Origin: Chiloscyllium plagiosum
Lineage: Eukaryota
DNA: 47,709 nucleotides
Reading direction: 5' to 3'
Assembly: GCF_004010195.1 (NCBI RefSeq)
Contig: NW_025215189.1
Span: 21,777 to 69,485, forward strand
A program made the translations under genes and the position numbers. Under the pieces are notes generated by a model. It was given only the letters and a program-made list of their open reading frames with translations, made no database searches and was not told the origin of the DNA. The number at the start of each line of letters is the position of its first letter. Position 1 is the stretch's first letter. Below are positions 12,090 through 24,277 of this stretch, piece after piece.

Positions 12090-13870
12090 ATGAGGGAGAA
12101 GTGTGGATTGGGATGTTACACATCTCAGCTGAGGCTTGAGGCCTACTATTAACTGGGAGTCAAAAAGCGAGAGAACCTGACAGTGAGCAGCACAAAGCGG
12201 GAGAATATAATTCAGCACTAGCAGGACTTGGCGTTGGAGAAACAGCAGAGCAGGAGGCTCTGAATCAGCACCGAGTCACAGCGGGAGTGACCATGTGATA
12301 GAACAACTTGAAGCAGGAACATAAGGTTACAGAAGCACCAAAGTGGGAGGATATAAATCAGCACTGTGGGCGGCACGGTGGCACAGTGGTTAGCACTGCT
12401 GCCTCACAGCGCCAGAGACCCGGGTTCAATTCCCGCCTCAGGCGACTGACTGTATGGAGTTTGCACGTTCTCCCCGTGTCTGCGTGGGTTTCCTCCGGGT
12501 GCTCCGGTTTCCTCCCACAGTCCAAAGATGTGCAGGTTAGGTGAATTGGCGAAGCTAAATTGCCCGTAGTGTTCGGTAAGGGGTAAATGTAGGGGTATGG
12601 GTGGGTTTCACTTACGGCGGGTCGGTGTGGACTTGTTGGGCCGAAGGGCCTGTTTCCACACTGTAATCTAATCTAATCACTGAGGATCGAGGCCTGCACA
12701 TACCTGGGATTCACGGAGACGGTGACCCTGTGAGGGAGCAGAGTGGAGTGGGAGCTGGAGGGTTACACGTATCTGCGATTCACAGAGATAACTTTCGGCT
12801 GCTGGGACCTGCCTGTACTGAGTTTGGAAGAAGTGCAAGAGCCATCACAGAAAAGGCTGTAAGTTCGTTGGCTGATAATACTCCGTTATTAGTGACTGTC
12901 TCTAAATTGCTATTAGTTAGCACATTTAGTTTTTCAACTTCTGAAATAAGGGTTGAACTGAGAAATAAGAGGGAGAAGTGAAATTCTGAGCCACTATAAT
13001 AAATTATCCTCACTAAACCACAGTTGAATAAGGGACTTAACCACTTTGTTATTTCCCTGATGTTAACTTCATTCGAGGTAATTAATTAAGTTACTCCAGA
13101 CATGTTGTATTTTAAGACATGTTTGTCAGATGGAAAATGTGTTCTGTTACATTGGGAAGCCATAGCCCCCTGCTCGTGTCCTAGATGAACAATCGAAGAT
13201 ATACAGTCAGGGAATCCAGGAATAGCCTGATGTCTCCCTCTCAATTCGGTTTCCCAGTTTGGAGCTGATTAAGGCGCTGGCTACTCGGGGGAGGGCAGTC
13301 AGCGCCATGTCTGTGGCTCCACAAGCAGCCTGACTGTACAGGAGGGGAGGGAGAAGGAAGGAGGAGCAATTATCACAGGGGAGTCAGGAAATTGAGGACA
13401 TCACTAGCATTTCTTTGACTGTCAATGTAATTCCAGGATTGTGGGCTCGAGAATGTCACTGTCTCTGCAGAATATTGGTCTGGGGGATGGTTAGCAGCCA
13501 GAGGTCATGGTCTGTGTTGGTCTCAGTGACTTGAGTGTGAAATGTGACGTGGTCTGGGAATCAGAATTTAGCGAGGTAGATGGAAGGTTAGCAAACAAGG
13601 CCTCAAATGTGTCAATCCCTGGAATACTCACAGTGCTGTGTGCAAGGCAGTGCAGCACTAGGAATATTAAGTAGGTGAGAGTGTGACTGGAATGATAGTG
13701 TAGCAGGAAGCGCTTCAGATTCCTGGTACATTGTGACTGGTTCTGGGGAAGGCAGCAACTGTACAAGCTGGATTGGGTAACATATGACAGAGCTGGGACT
13801 GATTTCCTTATGCAGTGTTTGGCTAATGCTGTTGGGAAGGATTTAAACTGATTTGGCAGGGCTATGGTAA
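12090..13870 (+). mobile_element. Old CR1 5' portion (5'UTR + ORF1 SGNH-esterase relic), interrupted by a SINE
   Basis: Degenerate AIITGES (GDS motif) ~13366 and QPEVMVCVGLSD (QPxVVVHIGTND) ~13495; ends ggatttaaactgatttggcaggg like other CR1 ORF1 ends in the window. The 5' boundary is uncertain. Confidence 0.65.
12368..12677 (+). mobile_element. Full-length young HE1-like V-SINE
   Basis: A-box tggcacagtgg, B-box ggttcaattcc, V-domain, tail gtttccacactg(taatc)3; possible TSD cactg at 12362-12366 / 12678-12682. Confidence 0.97.
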
Positions 13871-15204
13871 CCAAACAGAATAGTGGAGGAAACTACCGTT
13901 CCTCAGCCACACTTCCATCCGGTCTCTCTTTCTATTTCTATCCTCACTGGCACGTGGCATTGGGAATAATCTGGAGATCACTGCACTTGAGGCCCTGCTT
14001 TTTCACTGCTTACCAAACTCCCTCTACTCAGGTCCCTGACAATATTTACTGTCCGATCAAATCTCCTCTCAGCATCCTCCGTTCCAGCCTTTTCTCATAA
14101 CTGCACTTCCGCTGTCACAGGGTAACGAATCTCCTTTCCAGTCCACTTCCATCCTTCCATGTCTTGGGGTGACCAAATCTGCACACATTCCCCAAGCTGC
14201 GACTGCGCTCATTATATATACAGTTCCAGCATCAATTTCCTGCTCTAAATTCTGCACTTTGGCTGATAGAGGAAATGATTCCATTTGCTACATTAACGAG
14301 GTTCTTGATGTTTCCAGCTACCTTCATTTATCTGCCCACACTGACTATACTCTCATTTATTGTCCATTACCACTATTGCTGATGTCCCCTAATGCCTTGC
14401 CTTACACTTCTCTGGGTTGTTTGCTCCATTCTCCTGGACCCCATAGATTCTGTTTTTAAACAGCCTGCCATTGGATCTCTCGTTAAATCCAATTAAGCCA
14501 CATGCAGTTACAGGTTACTGCTTCAAACCGACACAGTCAGATTAATTACACACGATCTTCCTTGAACAAATCCAGACTGACTGTCCGGGAGTCCCTGGGA
14601 CTTCCTCAGTGACTGTTTATCCACTGTCTCAGAAATCCATCCGCGACCTATTCAATTAGTCCCTTGCTCCACATTAAACAAAGCTGCCATGTCAGCCGTT
14701 CTCCAAGCCTCCGGCACCATCCCTGCATCCAGTGAGGATTGGATAATGTAGGTAACTATAAGGCCGAAGATTTTCCCCAGCTCCTTTTAACAGTTTGGAG
14801 CATTGTGTTACCCCTTTTTAAGGATTTGAATCTCCTGTATAATTCTCTGCTGCAAGTTTGTTGCTCCCAATATTTCACACTACATTCCCATTTTGATTCA
14901 GACAGACAGAGGCCTCAACCATCTTTTGATTTGGTCAAGTCTCATTTTAGACGAGTTTCATGGAGGGTTTCTCTCCACAAGGTTAAGTGTTTTTTCTCAT
15001 GACACCATCCCCAATCTGCTTCATTAACTACCCTCCCTGCCCATGTGGACTTTGTCTGATCTGATACTAACGCGAGGATTTTCCCCTTCGTCATAACAAC
15101 TACCCGCTGCCTGGATATCCCAGAATGAACCGGCCTCCCTGTTACAGGGGCCATCTTTAAAAAGTCATTACACTCTAGGATTGTCACTCCGAAACACCCT
15201 GGAC

Positions 15205-15810
15205 ATGGCAGAGGGGGTAAATCTGGGGCTTCACTTTGAGACCAAGCCCCTGAGGTTCTCGTGGATGGCATGGTGCATGAGAGGGACATTATCTTCCTCC
15301 AGGATTGGCAGGGGAGGCCATGAAACCAGGTCCTGCCAGTTTGGTCCGAGGGTGACCCCTGGGTCAGTGAGGTGCCAGTCTTCTGGGTAATGCCCAGCAG
15401 TGACCTTCGCCACTCCACCAAGGTAAGTGCCACCATCTGCACTTTGTGACCTCACTCTCACTCTCTCTGTTACTGCACCCACCCCCCACCAAGGCTCATG
15501 TTCTCCCACCCTCACCCTCACCCCTAAAACTGCATGTGAACTTACCCACCCTCACTGAATCCAGCACCTTCTCTCAGGCTCTCCAACTTCATCATTTCCC
15601 CTCACTGTTGTCTGTGCTGCCCACCCACTCATTCAGGACACATTGCCACCTTTCCCCCAGATTTGCGAGCTCTAACAGCTGCACCAAACGTTTCCATCTC
15701 CCTTAATGCCTCTTGATAATTTTCTCTCCTAGGAGAGAAAGTGCCAAGAGAGGCGTGGATCTCCCCAATATTCTGCTCCTGACCCCCTCACAGGAGAATG
15801 ATCCTAACCC
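15205..15810 (+). pseudogene. Myb/SANT-like DNA-binding protein gene relic, Harbinger/PIF transposon type, two exons
   Basis: Exon 1 (15205-15422) reads MAEGVNLGLHF/DQAPEVLVDGMVHERDIIFLQDWQGRP*NQVLPVWSE..VS..DLRHSTK with a frameshift and a stop. Donor gtaagt at 15423, acceptor tttctctcctag ending 15732. Exon 2 reads RESAKRGVDLPNILLLTPSQE, resembling 'RER..TGGG.P....LTP.EE'. Confidence 0.65.
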
Positions 15811-16056
15811 TAACAACCACAAGAGACTTCCTTACGGTGTCCAAGCTCCCAGACTGGGATCTGAGAGTCCCTTGTCTCACTACTGGGCGTTGTGACTGTC
15901 TATGGACAATGATATTCAGCTTCCTGGGTTTGTGCCTGTGCTAAACACCAAGACAATATAGCAGGCGACTGAGTCTGGTAGCTCTGGCTGAGGATAAACA
16001 CTGCTGAGGGCAGGGTAAGGTAAAGCAATAATTCTGTGAACAGTCAAGGCATATCA

Positions 16057-16375
16057 AAGTGAATGTGTACAAACACGAAGTGAAAAGCCCAGAGGGACAG
16101 TGCATGAGCTGGGCGTGTGTCACTGAGCACAGTGTCCTTGCAGCAACATTGAGTGTATACAAACATGGAGTGGGCAGCTCAGCGGGACAATCCATGAGCT
16201 GGGTGTGTGTCCCTGAGCACAGTGTCCTTGCAGCAACATTGAGTATGTACAAACACGGAGTGAGCAGCCCAGAGAGACAGTCCATGAGGTGGGTGTGTGT
16301 CCCTGAGCACAGTGTCCTTGCTGCAGAATTGAGTGTGTACAAACACGGAGTGAGCAGGCCCAGAGGGATAGTCCG
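16057..16375. repeat. 90-bp tandem repeat, ~3.5 copies
   Basis: Unit tgagtgtgtacaaacacggagtgagcagcccagagggacagtccatgagctgggtgtgtgtccctgagcacagtgtccttgcagcaacat. Confidence 0.95.
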
Positions 16376-16654
16376 TGCCAGCATTGGTGGGTGTGGAGTA
16401 CATACAGTTTCTGTCAGTGCAGTGTTCCCCAAGATGTTGCTGTCCAAGATAGAAGGCCTCAGGATCGAGGGGCGAGTTGCAGTTACCAGTTACCAGCTCT
16501 GACAGTCATGTCAAATTCTCCATGTTGAGTTTCCCTACTGTGGGAGGGAGGATATGAAGCTGGAAATTGATGAGGAGCGACCTCCATGAATGTGATTGTT
16601 GATCATTAGGAATCATTCATTCAGCACCTCACCACTGCTGCGCTCAAATCTTGT

Positions 16655-17790
16655 CTTAAAGAACAGTCCGGCATCGGAACAGGCCCTTCAGCCCAGCAAG
16701 TCCACACTGACACATGATGCCCTTTGAAAGTTAAAACGAAAGTTTATGCCTCTACACATTCTATGTCATTCTGTTCGCTGCTGTCTCTTCTCTGTGCCAA
16801 GATCCCTCTTTAACCTTGCTATATTAGCTTTTCCCCTCTATCAGTGTATTCCAGGCACTTTCACATTCTGTCTGGAAAAGCAAAAAAAAATCTATCATAC
16901 TTTCTCCCTTTTACTTAAAACCTATGGTCCCTAGTAATTGATATTTCTACTCTGGGAAAAAGCCTCTAACTGTCCTTCTATCTATTCCTCTGACAGTTTT
17001 GTAAATATCTATCAGGTAGCCCCATAGTCAATGATGCCCAGGTGCAAACAAACCATGTGCGTTCAATTTCTCCTTCTGGCTGATACCCTCTAAACCAGAC
17101 AACACTCTGGTAAACCTTTTCCATATCCTCTCCATTACTTCCACATCGTGTGGCAATCGGTACTGTATACAATATTCCAAATGTGCCCTAACTAAGTTTC
17201 TCTACAGCTGCAATATGGCCTGCTAATTTTCATACTGCATGCCCGGATGCCTGTCTGCAAGTTTGCCGTCAGTCTTCTTGATCACCCTATCCACCCATAT
17301 TGTCACTTTCAGGGAATTGTGGAGCTGTACACCAAGATCCCTTCGGATGTTGATGCAATCGGTAGTTTTTCCACCTACTGCATTAGACCTTCTAAAATGC
17401 ATCACGTCACAGTTGTCCAGATAAAGTTACATCTGTGTTTTCTCTGTCCTACTGTATTATCTAGCAATCATCCTCACAATCTGCAAGTCCGCCAATCTAT
17501 TTACAGATCTCCAGTCACAAAAACACTGTTCCACCACTACTCTGTCTTCTATGACCAAGCAGTTCTCTATCCATCTTACTAACTGACCGCTGATCCCATT
17601 TCACTTCACCTTCTTTATGAACCTGCCATAAGGAACCATATCAACGGCCTTGCGAAGGTCCAAACGGCCAGCATCCAGCCCCGTGCCCTCATCAATCCAT
17701 TTTGTCACTTCCTCAAAATAATCAATCAAGTTTGTGAACATGATCTTCCCCACACAACTGTGTTGCCTGTCGCTCGTAAGTCCATTTTAG
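16655..17790 (-). mobile_element. CR1 LINE 3' fragment, degraded
   Basis: MMHFRRSN..RDLGVQLHNSLKV; reverse-complemented DLRKAVDMVP-like RT motif near 17640; aagaacag tail at ~16659. Confidence 0.85.
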
Positions 17791-17860
17791 AGTACTGTTG
17801 GAGCTGTACTCATTCAGAAAATTGATTATTCCATCATAACTATGACTTGAACCTTGGAGG

Positions 17861-18143
17861 TTAGATTAGATTCCCTACAGTGTGGAAACATGCCGTTTGG
17901 CCCAACCAGTCCACACCAACCCCTCCCAAGAGTAACCTACCCAGACCCATTTTCCTCTGACTAGAGCACCTAACTCGATGGGCAATTTAGTATGGCCAAT
18001 CCACTGTTGGACTGTGGGAGGAAATCGGCGCACCCGGAGGAAACGCACACAGACATGGGGGGAATGTGCAAACTCCACACAGACTGTCACATGAGGCCGG
18101 CGCTGTGAGGCAGCAGTGCTAACCACTGAGCCACAGTGCCGCC
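17861..18143 (-). mobile_element. HE1-like V-SINE with internal deletions
   Basis: ttagattagattccctacagtgtggaaaca (tail, reverse complement) through gtgctaaccactgagccacagtgccgcc (head, reverse complement); B-box region missing. Confidence 0.93.
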
Positions 18144-18730
18144 GTTGACGGTTACTGTAAATGGGAGGTATGTTGGGCCGTGATGGTTACTTTACAATGG
18201 GTGGTATGTCAGGCCGTGATGGTTACGGCACAGTGGGGGATGTGTCGGGCCGTGATGGTTACTGTACATTGGGAGGTATGTCTGGCCGTGATGGTTACTC
18301 TAAATTGGGAGGTATGTCGGGCCGTGATGGTTACTGTACAGTGGGAGGTATGTCTGGCCGTGATGGTTACTGTACAGTGGGAGGTATGTCGCGCCGTGAC
18401 GGTTACTGTACAGTGGGAGATATGTCGGGCAGTGATGGTCACTGTACAGTGGGTGGTATGTCGGGCCGTGTTGTATACTGTACAGTGGGAGGTATGTCAG
18501 ACCGTGATGGTTGCTGTACAGTGGGGGTTACGTCGGACCGTGATGGTTACTGTACAGTGGAAGGTATGTTGGGCTGTGATGGTTACTGTACAGTGGGAGG
18601 TATGTCGGACCGTGATGGTTGCTGTACAGTGGGGGGTATGTCGGACCGTGATGGTTACTGTACAGTTGGAGGTATGTCGGGCTGTGATGGATACTGTACA
18701 GTGGGAGGTATGTCGGGCTGTGAGGTTGCA
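18144..18730. repeat. 36-bp minisatellite, ~16 copies
   Basis: Unit cgtgatggttactgtacagtgggaggtatgtcgggc, directly abutting the SINE head. Confidence 0.97.
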
Positions 18731-18789
18731 GACTGTATGAGTTGTACAGACTATGATTCTGCTCCTGACTGGATGCATCGTCATTAGTT

Positions 18790-19120
18790 TCTCAATCTGT
18801 TTAAAGCCCGGGGGCTACATATCATGGTGAGGGGAGACTGTAAAATGTGAAGTTAGCCCTGTTCCCCAGAAGGATTGTGCAGTGACCATTCTTACCGATA
18901 TATGAAATGGAGAGTGGTATCTGCAGCAGGCAGATCGGTGATGATGTGGTCAATTATATGTTTCCCTTTTATCGATTCCCCCATAACCTGCCACAGAGCA
19001 GTCCAGCAGCCACAGGATGCAGCATCAATGCTGAGCACGATACTGACTATATGCCCTCTGCCTGGCTTGTCGTGTCAGTGTGACATACCCTTACAGAGAG
19101 GGTGGCGATGTTGCCTGGTA
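18790..19120 (-). mobile_element. CR1/L2-type LINE endonuclease fragment
   Basis: Minus strand reads KGKHIIDHIITDLPAADTTLHFIY/IGKNGHCTILL, the RGKNILDLILTNLPAAD..IGKSDH.TVL motif also seen at ~23370-23450. Confidence 0.75.
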
Positions 19121-19339
19121 TTAGTCCTGTTTACATACTCCTGCTTTACAGATAATATCTGACTGTTGCGTGATTAGTCTGTGGGATATATACAACAGGT
19201 CACTTTTACATTTTGTATAATGAAGAGTTAATTTCACTTTGTTTCTTACATATTTTAAAATAAACCAAACATCAATTTTTTAGTTGAAAACCATTGAAGT
19301 GAACAATAATTGAATTACCAGAGCACAAAGCTAACTATT

Positions 19340-19900
19340 ACACAATTCAGTGACTGTAGTAAACAGCTGATTGATATTCAGGTGAATGAACACAGCATCT
19401 TGCAGGAAGCATAGCTGTTGAAAACGACTTTGAGGACAAGCCTGAATTCAGACACAGTGTTACTGGCCCTCACCATGGCCTCCAAAACACTGACCATCTC
19501 CAGACTCTGTCCAGTGAGTTTCCAAACTGGAGCTGGGCAGTTACTGACATAATCCCTCACAATAGACGAGTTAGAGACGTACCTGAACAACGGAGAGTTT
19601 TGAGTGGGGAAAACTGGTCAATGGACTAGCACATGGCGCTGATCCAGACGCAGTTCAACATTTATAACAATGACCTGTAAATAGCCATGCCCTGCAAGTA
19701 TATCTCTTCTGGTTTGGCACCTAAACTCTGTAATTCTGCACCTTGTACCCGATCCTGAATGAAGGTGTTATAAAGGTGATGGGCTCCTGCAGCACATGGC
19801 ATCTTACATTGAATCCCTCATAAACCATATCCAGTGTATGTTAGCCCCACAATGTCAGTGTCCAAACAGAATTGTACAGCTCCATTGATGGCCAGCATCA
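19340..19900 (+). mobile_element. Vingi/Ingi-like non-LTR retrotransposon RT relic
   Basis: VENDFEDK/LNSDTVLLALTMASKT (cf. IENGF...KTGAVFLDLTAAYDT); WGKLVNGLAHG..FNIYNNDL (cf. WR...NGLPQGSVLAP.LFNIYTND). Confidence 0.7.
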
Positions 19901-20051
19901 TCCCAGCCCAATGATCTTGTGCGTGAATTGAGTTGGAAATCTCTGTGTAAATGTTTGCAGCATTGTTCTAACCGTTAACTGCAAAGTGTTTTTACTGAAG
20001 TTTCGATAGCCTTTCATAATACCAACTTTTAAATTGTCCAATAAGCACAAA

Positions 20052-20363
20052 AGTCCTTGTACTTAATAATAATTTGGTCTTGGGTGTGGGAATGAGATTT
20101 ATCATTTCAATGCTCCTTACTGTGAGTTGTGCACTGTTTTCATCATAATGTTGTGATAAAAGTGAACGGAATAAATGGTTGGATTTTAGATTAGATTACG
20201 TTTCCACACTGTAATGTAACCAAATCTAAAATCCACCCATTTATTCCGTTCACTTTTATAACAACATTATGATGAAAATAGTGCACAATTCACAGTAAGG
20301 AGTATTGAAATGATAAATCTCATTCCCACACCCAAGCCCAAATTGATATTAAGTACAAGGACT
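20052..20363. repeat. Long inverted repeat (~148-bp arms, 16-nt loop) centred on a SINE 3' tail
   Basis: 20052-20199 is the reverse complement of 20216-20363 with ~10 mismatches; loop gtttccacactgtaat. Confidence 0.97.
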
Positions 20364-20410
20364 CTGAAAATATACAAATACCTTCTCTTGTATTAATATT
20401 TTGAACTAAT

Positions 20411-20500
20411 AGTCGATTTTCTTGCTCCTCACGGCTGTGATTTTTTCAGATCCACACTTCTTGTCTCTGATCTCCAGCATCTGCAGGCCTCACTATCCCC
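20411..20500 (+). mobile_element. PLE family A tail fragment
   Basis: agtcgattttcttgctcctc...ctctgatctccagcatctgcaggcctcact matches 28810-28905. Confidence 0.75.
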
Positions 20501-20834
20501 CTGCTAATATTCACTCATAAACATTTTCGTGGCAACAATATCACTGTGTGATTAAACATGTTAGTCAGATATGAGTATATTTTCAATTGCCTCTGTCTGT
20601 ATCAGAGGTCAGTAATGTGTCATGTGACTGTCAGTGTCTGTGTGATGCTCGGTTTGTAGGCCATGCCTCTGAGAGACTGTCCGATTGATTCAAACAGCAT
20701 ATTCCGTCAGCTGTTTACAACAAATAGGTTACTGCCTGGACCCAACCAGCCAGAGCTCACAAAACCCAAAGTACAGTGTCCAGAATTGGGCAGATCTGGA
20801 CAATATTTTTCATGCTAATTTATTCATGAAATAT

Positions 20835-23800
20835 GATAAGCCCAGTATTTATTGCCTGTCCCTTGTTGCCCTTGAGAAGGTGGGCGTGAGCTGTCACATT
20901 GACCTGCTGCAGCCCATGTTCTGTAGGTAGACTTACAATACATTAGGGAGGAAGTTGAAACAGTGATACTGAAAGAACTGCAATATGCTTCGCAATCAGC
21001 TCGGTAAATGGCTTGGATTGGAACGCGAATATGGTGGTCCAATGTATCTGCTTCCCTTGTCCTTCTTGATGGTCGGGGGTTCAGAGGTACGTTGTAAGGA
21101 GTCTTGGCAAATTTCTGCAGAGCACCGTGTAAATGGCAGACATTGCTGCTTATGAGTGTCAGTGGATGACGGGTGAAGCTGCACTCACACAGGCAAATTG
21201 AGGTATTTAATCACACACACATTCAACATGAGTCTTTTTGATGGGAGACAGGCTTTCCGAAATTTTGAGGTGAGTCATTCCTGTAGGATTTCTTGCTACT
21301 GACATATTCTTGTAACCAATGGATTAATATGTGTCAAAGTGTGGTGCTGGAAAAGCACAACAGGTCAGGCAGCACCTGGGGTACAGGAGAGTTGACGTTT
21401 TAGCATAAGACCTTCACAGGACTGGGAAATGAAATTATATTGTCTGTCCAGTTCTGGTTAATGGTAATCCCCGGGATATTGCTAGGTGGGTGTTCAGTGA
21501 TGGTGGTGGCATTGAACATTAAATGATATGGTACACTTTTCTATTGTCAGAGGTAATCGTTGTCTGGCATGTGTGTAATGGAAATGGTACTTATCACTGT
21601 TAAGCACACACCTGCATAGTTCCAGGACCTGTTGCATTTGGACTGCTCCCATATCTGAGTAAATAACGAATGGTGTTGAACATTGTCCAATCATTGGCAA
21701 ACATCCCCAGTTGTGACTTTACTTGAGTAGGGGTGGTCATTTATGAAGCATCTGAAAATTATTGAGCCGAGGGCAGAGAGAACTCTTACAGCTCACTGAT
21801 GCTGTCCCTCTCTCTAGCTTGCTTCTAGTTCCATCTGCTCCAAAGGTGTCTAACAACATATCTGAACAGAATAATGTTGCAGTATCTTCCACAAGGAGCT
21901 GAGCGAGGACTTCGTTAGCTCAATCAGTTAGACGGCTAGTTTGTAATGTAGATTAATGCCAACAGTGTGGGTTCAGTTCCAGTACTGAATGAGGTGCCTG
22001 AACAGGGCTGTCTTACTCAACCCCTGCCTCGCTTGAAGCATGATGACTGTCCAGTTAAACTGCCGCTACTTGCATCTATCTAACAAGAGAACAACCCTAT
22101 CATCCTGTTGGTGTACGGTGCCCAGCCTTTCCATTTCTGGTCTACAGTTTTACTCGGAAACCCCTCCCCTGGGGATCTGCGGCAGAGCTGAGATGGCTGC
22201 TCCCCACCAACCCCAGCCACCTTCCTTTGTACCAGGCATAACTTCAGCCAGTGCAGACCATTCCTATTTGTTCCAATTTTGCTGGTAATCCAGGATATGT
22301 CACTTGGTCAAATGCAGTTATGATGATGTTAAGTGCAGTCACTTGTCACCTCAACTCGAGAATTCAGCTGTGTGTTCTCTTGTTGTACATCGTTAAACCA
22401 AGACTTCAATGTGCCCAAGGGATGAGAGCCCAAACTGAGCTTCAGCGAGCAAGTTGGTGTTGAGGCAGTGCTGCTTGATCCCACTGTAGATGACATCTTC
22501 CATTACTTTATTAATGTTGGGAATTAGAGCAATGGGGCAGTCATTGATTGTCTGATGTTTTGTCAGTGTGTGTACAGGACGCACCCTGATAGTTTCCAAC
22601 ATTGTCAGGCAGGTGCAGTGCTGTATCCCAGCAGGAAAAGCTTGAATGGAATGTTCTCAGGGCCCAAAGCCTTTGCATTCCCCACCCCTTCCGCCGTTTG
22701 GAGTTACCACACACATTGAATAGACTTAGCTGATGACTGCCATCTGGAGAAGACTAAAATCGATCATCCCATCGACACTTTGGTCTGAACATTTTTGTGA
22801 ATGTTTCAGCCTTAGCTTTTCTATTGTTGTACTGGGCCCTTTCATCGTTGAGGAGGGTAATATTTGTGGATCCTACTCTTCCAGTGAGTTGTTTGATTGA
22901 CCACACAATCCACGCTGATTGCATGCATCAGGATTGCAGAAATTAGGTATGATTTGTTGGTTAGATCTGTCTGTCACTTGCTGTTTACGCTATTTGGTAA
23001 GTAAGTGGTCCTGTTTGGTAACGTCACTTCATTGAGAGGTATACCTGGTACTGCTCTTGACCGGTCCTCCTGTGTTCCTCATATAACAATGGTTTAACCC
23101 CTGGCCTGATGGTCAGGGTAAAGTGGAGCATATGCCAGGTAGTGACAGTGAAAATTGTGCGAGAGTACAATTCTGCTGCTGTTGATCATGACCAGAATCA
23201 CCTCACACAGGCCAGTGCTGTGTTCTAGATCTCTTTGAAATCTTTATCATTTAGCATGGTGATAGTATTTCTCACATGTGTGCGCATGCGTGTGTATACA
23301 CACACACGCACACACACTATTGACAATGTAAAAGTGGGACTTTCTCTGTAGAAATACAGTATGCCCTGTCACCATTCCCAATATGGTTCACCATCAATGT
23401 GTCTGCAGCCGGTAGTTTGGTGCGGATGAGGTCAAGTATGTTTCTGCCTGTCAGTCGTTCCCTCCCGATTCGGTGCAGTCCCAGTATAGCAGCTATGTCC
23501 TTTTGGACCCAACCATCTCGATCAGCAATGCTGCTGCTGAGCCCCTTTTAGTGGCTGGGTTTGAAATGGCCCACCCAGTATACATTCCCCAGCTCATTCA
23601 CTCTGTCAGTACGTCCTCCAAGTGTTGTTCAATGTAGAGGGACACTGATCCACCAGCTCAGGCAGTGGAGTCATCAGGAGGTTTCCATTTCAGTGTTTGA
23701 TCTGACACCATGAGGTTTCATTATGTCACATTGTTGCTTGAGGAGTCTGTTGAATGCCTTTGCCACATCTCGCCCTAGTCCCGAGAGATTAGGAAGGAGG

Positions 23801-23880
23801 GATTTCCAGTGTCTGCAGTGCTTTTTATTTTTGTCAGTATCAATCGAATGGCCTCTTCTGTACTGTATGACACTCACTCT
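20835..23880 (-). mobile_element. Old CR1/L2-type LINE (EN + RT + 3' end), heavily degraded, containing a PLE tail at ~21335-21425
   Basis: 3' end cagtatttattgcctgtcccttgttgcccttgagaagg; DCPIALIPNINKVMEDVI..KQH..NLLAEAQFG (22393-22602); GRNILDLIRTKLPAAD at ~23400-23450. Confidence 0.8.
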
Positions 23881-24277
23881 ATGACTCATGATTGAACAGT
23901 CCAAGTCTCACTCCGTCAGTTCCTCCAAGTGCCTTGTCTATTCCACAGATTTCTACAATATTTTCTCTATTAAGACATGGCATAATTCCGTTTTTAAACT
24001 ATCTACATGTATCTCTGTATCTTTCCCTGTCATCTCCTCCAGACGCTACATCCAATCGTATCTCAGTAACCCTCCGTATCTCCACATCTTTATCTCATAC
24101 TCCAGCCACACCTCTCACTGTAAATTCCGCCAGCCCCTGCACCCATCCCTATCTCTCTAATATCCAGCTGCTACACCTCTCCCCATATCCTGTGAATGAA
24201 TTCTAATATATCTCAATAACATGTTCCAGCATGCACAGGCCACGCAATCTCTCGACTACCTCCAGTCATGCTTTCGC

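Noticed and set aside
12780..12958. Minus-strand terminal exon (STLISEVEKLNVLTNSN...)
   Set aside because: It appears to lie antisense within the 5'UTR region of an old CR1 and shows no recognisable protein similarity.
18161..18787. 208-aa Gly/Cys-rich repeat protein
   Set aside because: The ORF coincides with a 36-bp minisatellite that is open in several frames. No signal peptide or gene structure.
18895..18987. Minus-strand exon with AG/GTAAG boundaries (VMGESIKGKHIIDHIITDLPAAD...)
   Set aside because: The peptide matches the LINE endonuclease motif also present at ~23400, and the similarity continues past the apparent donor.
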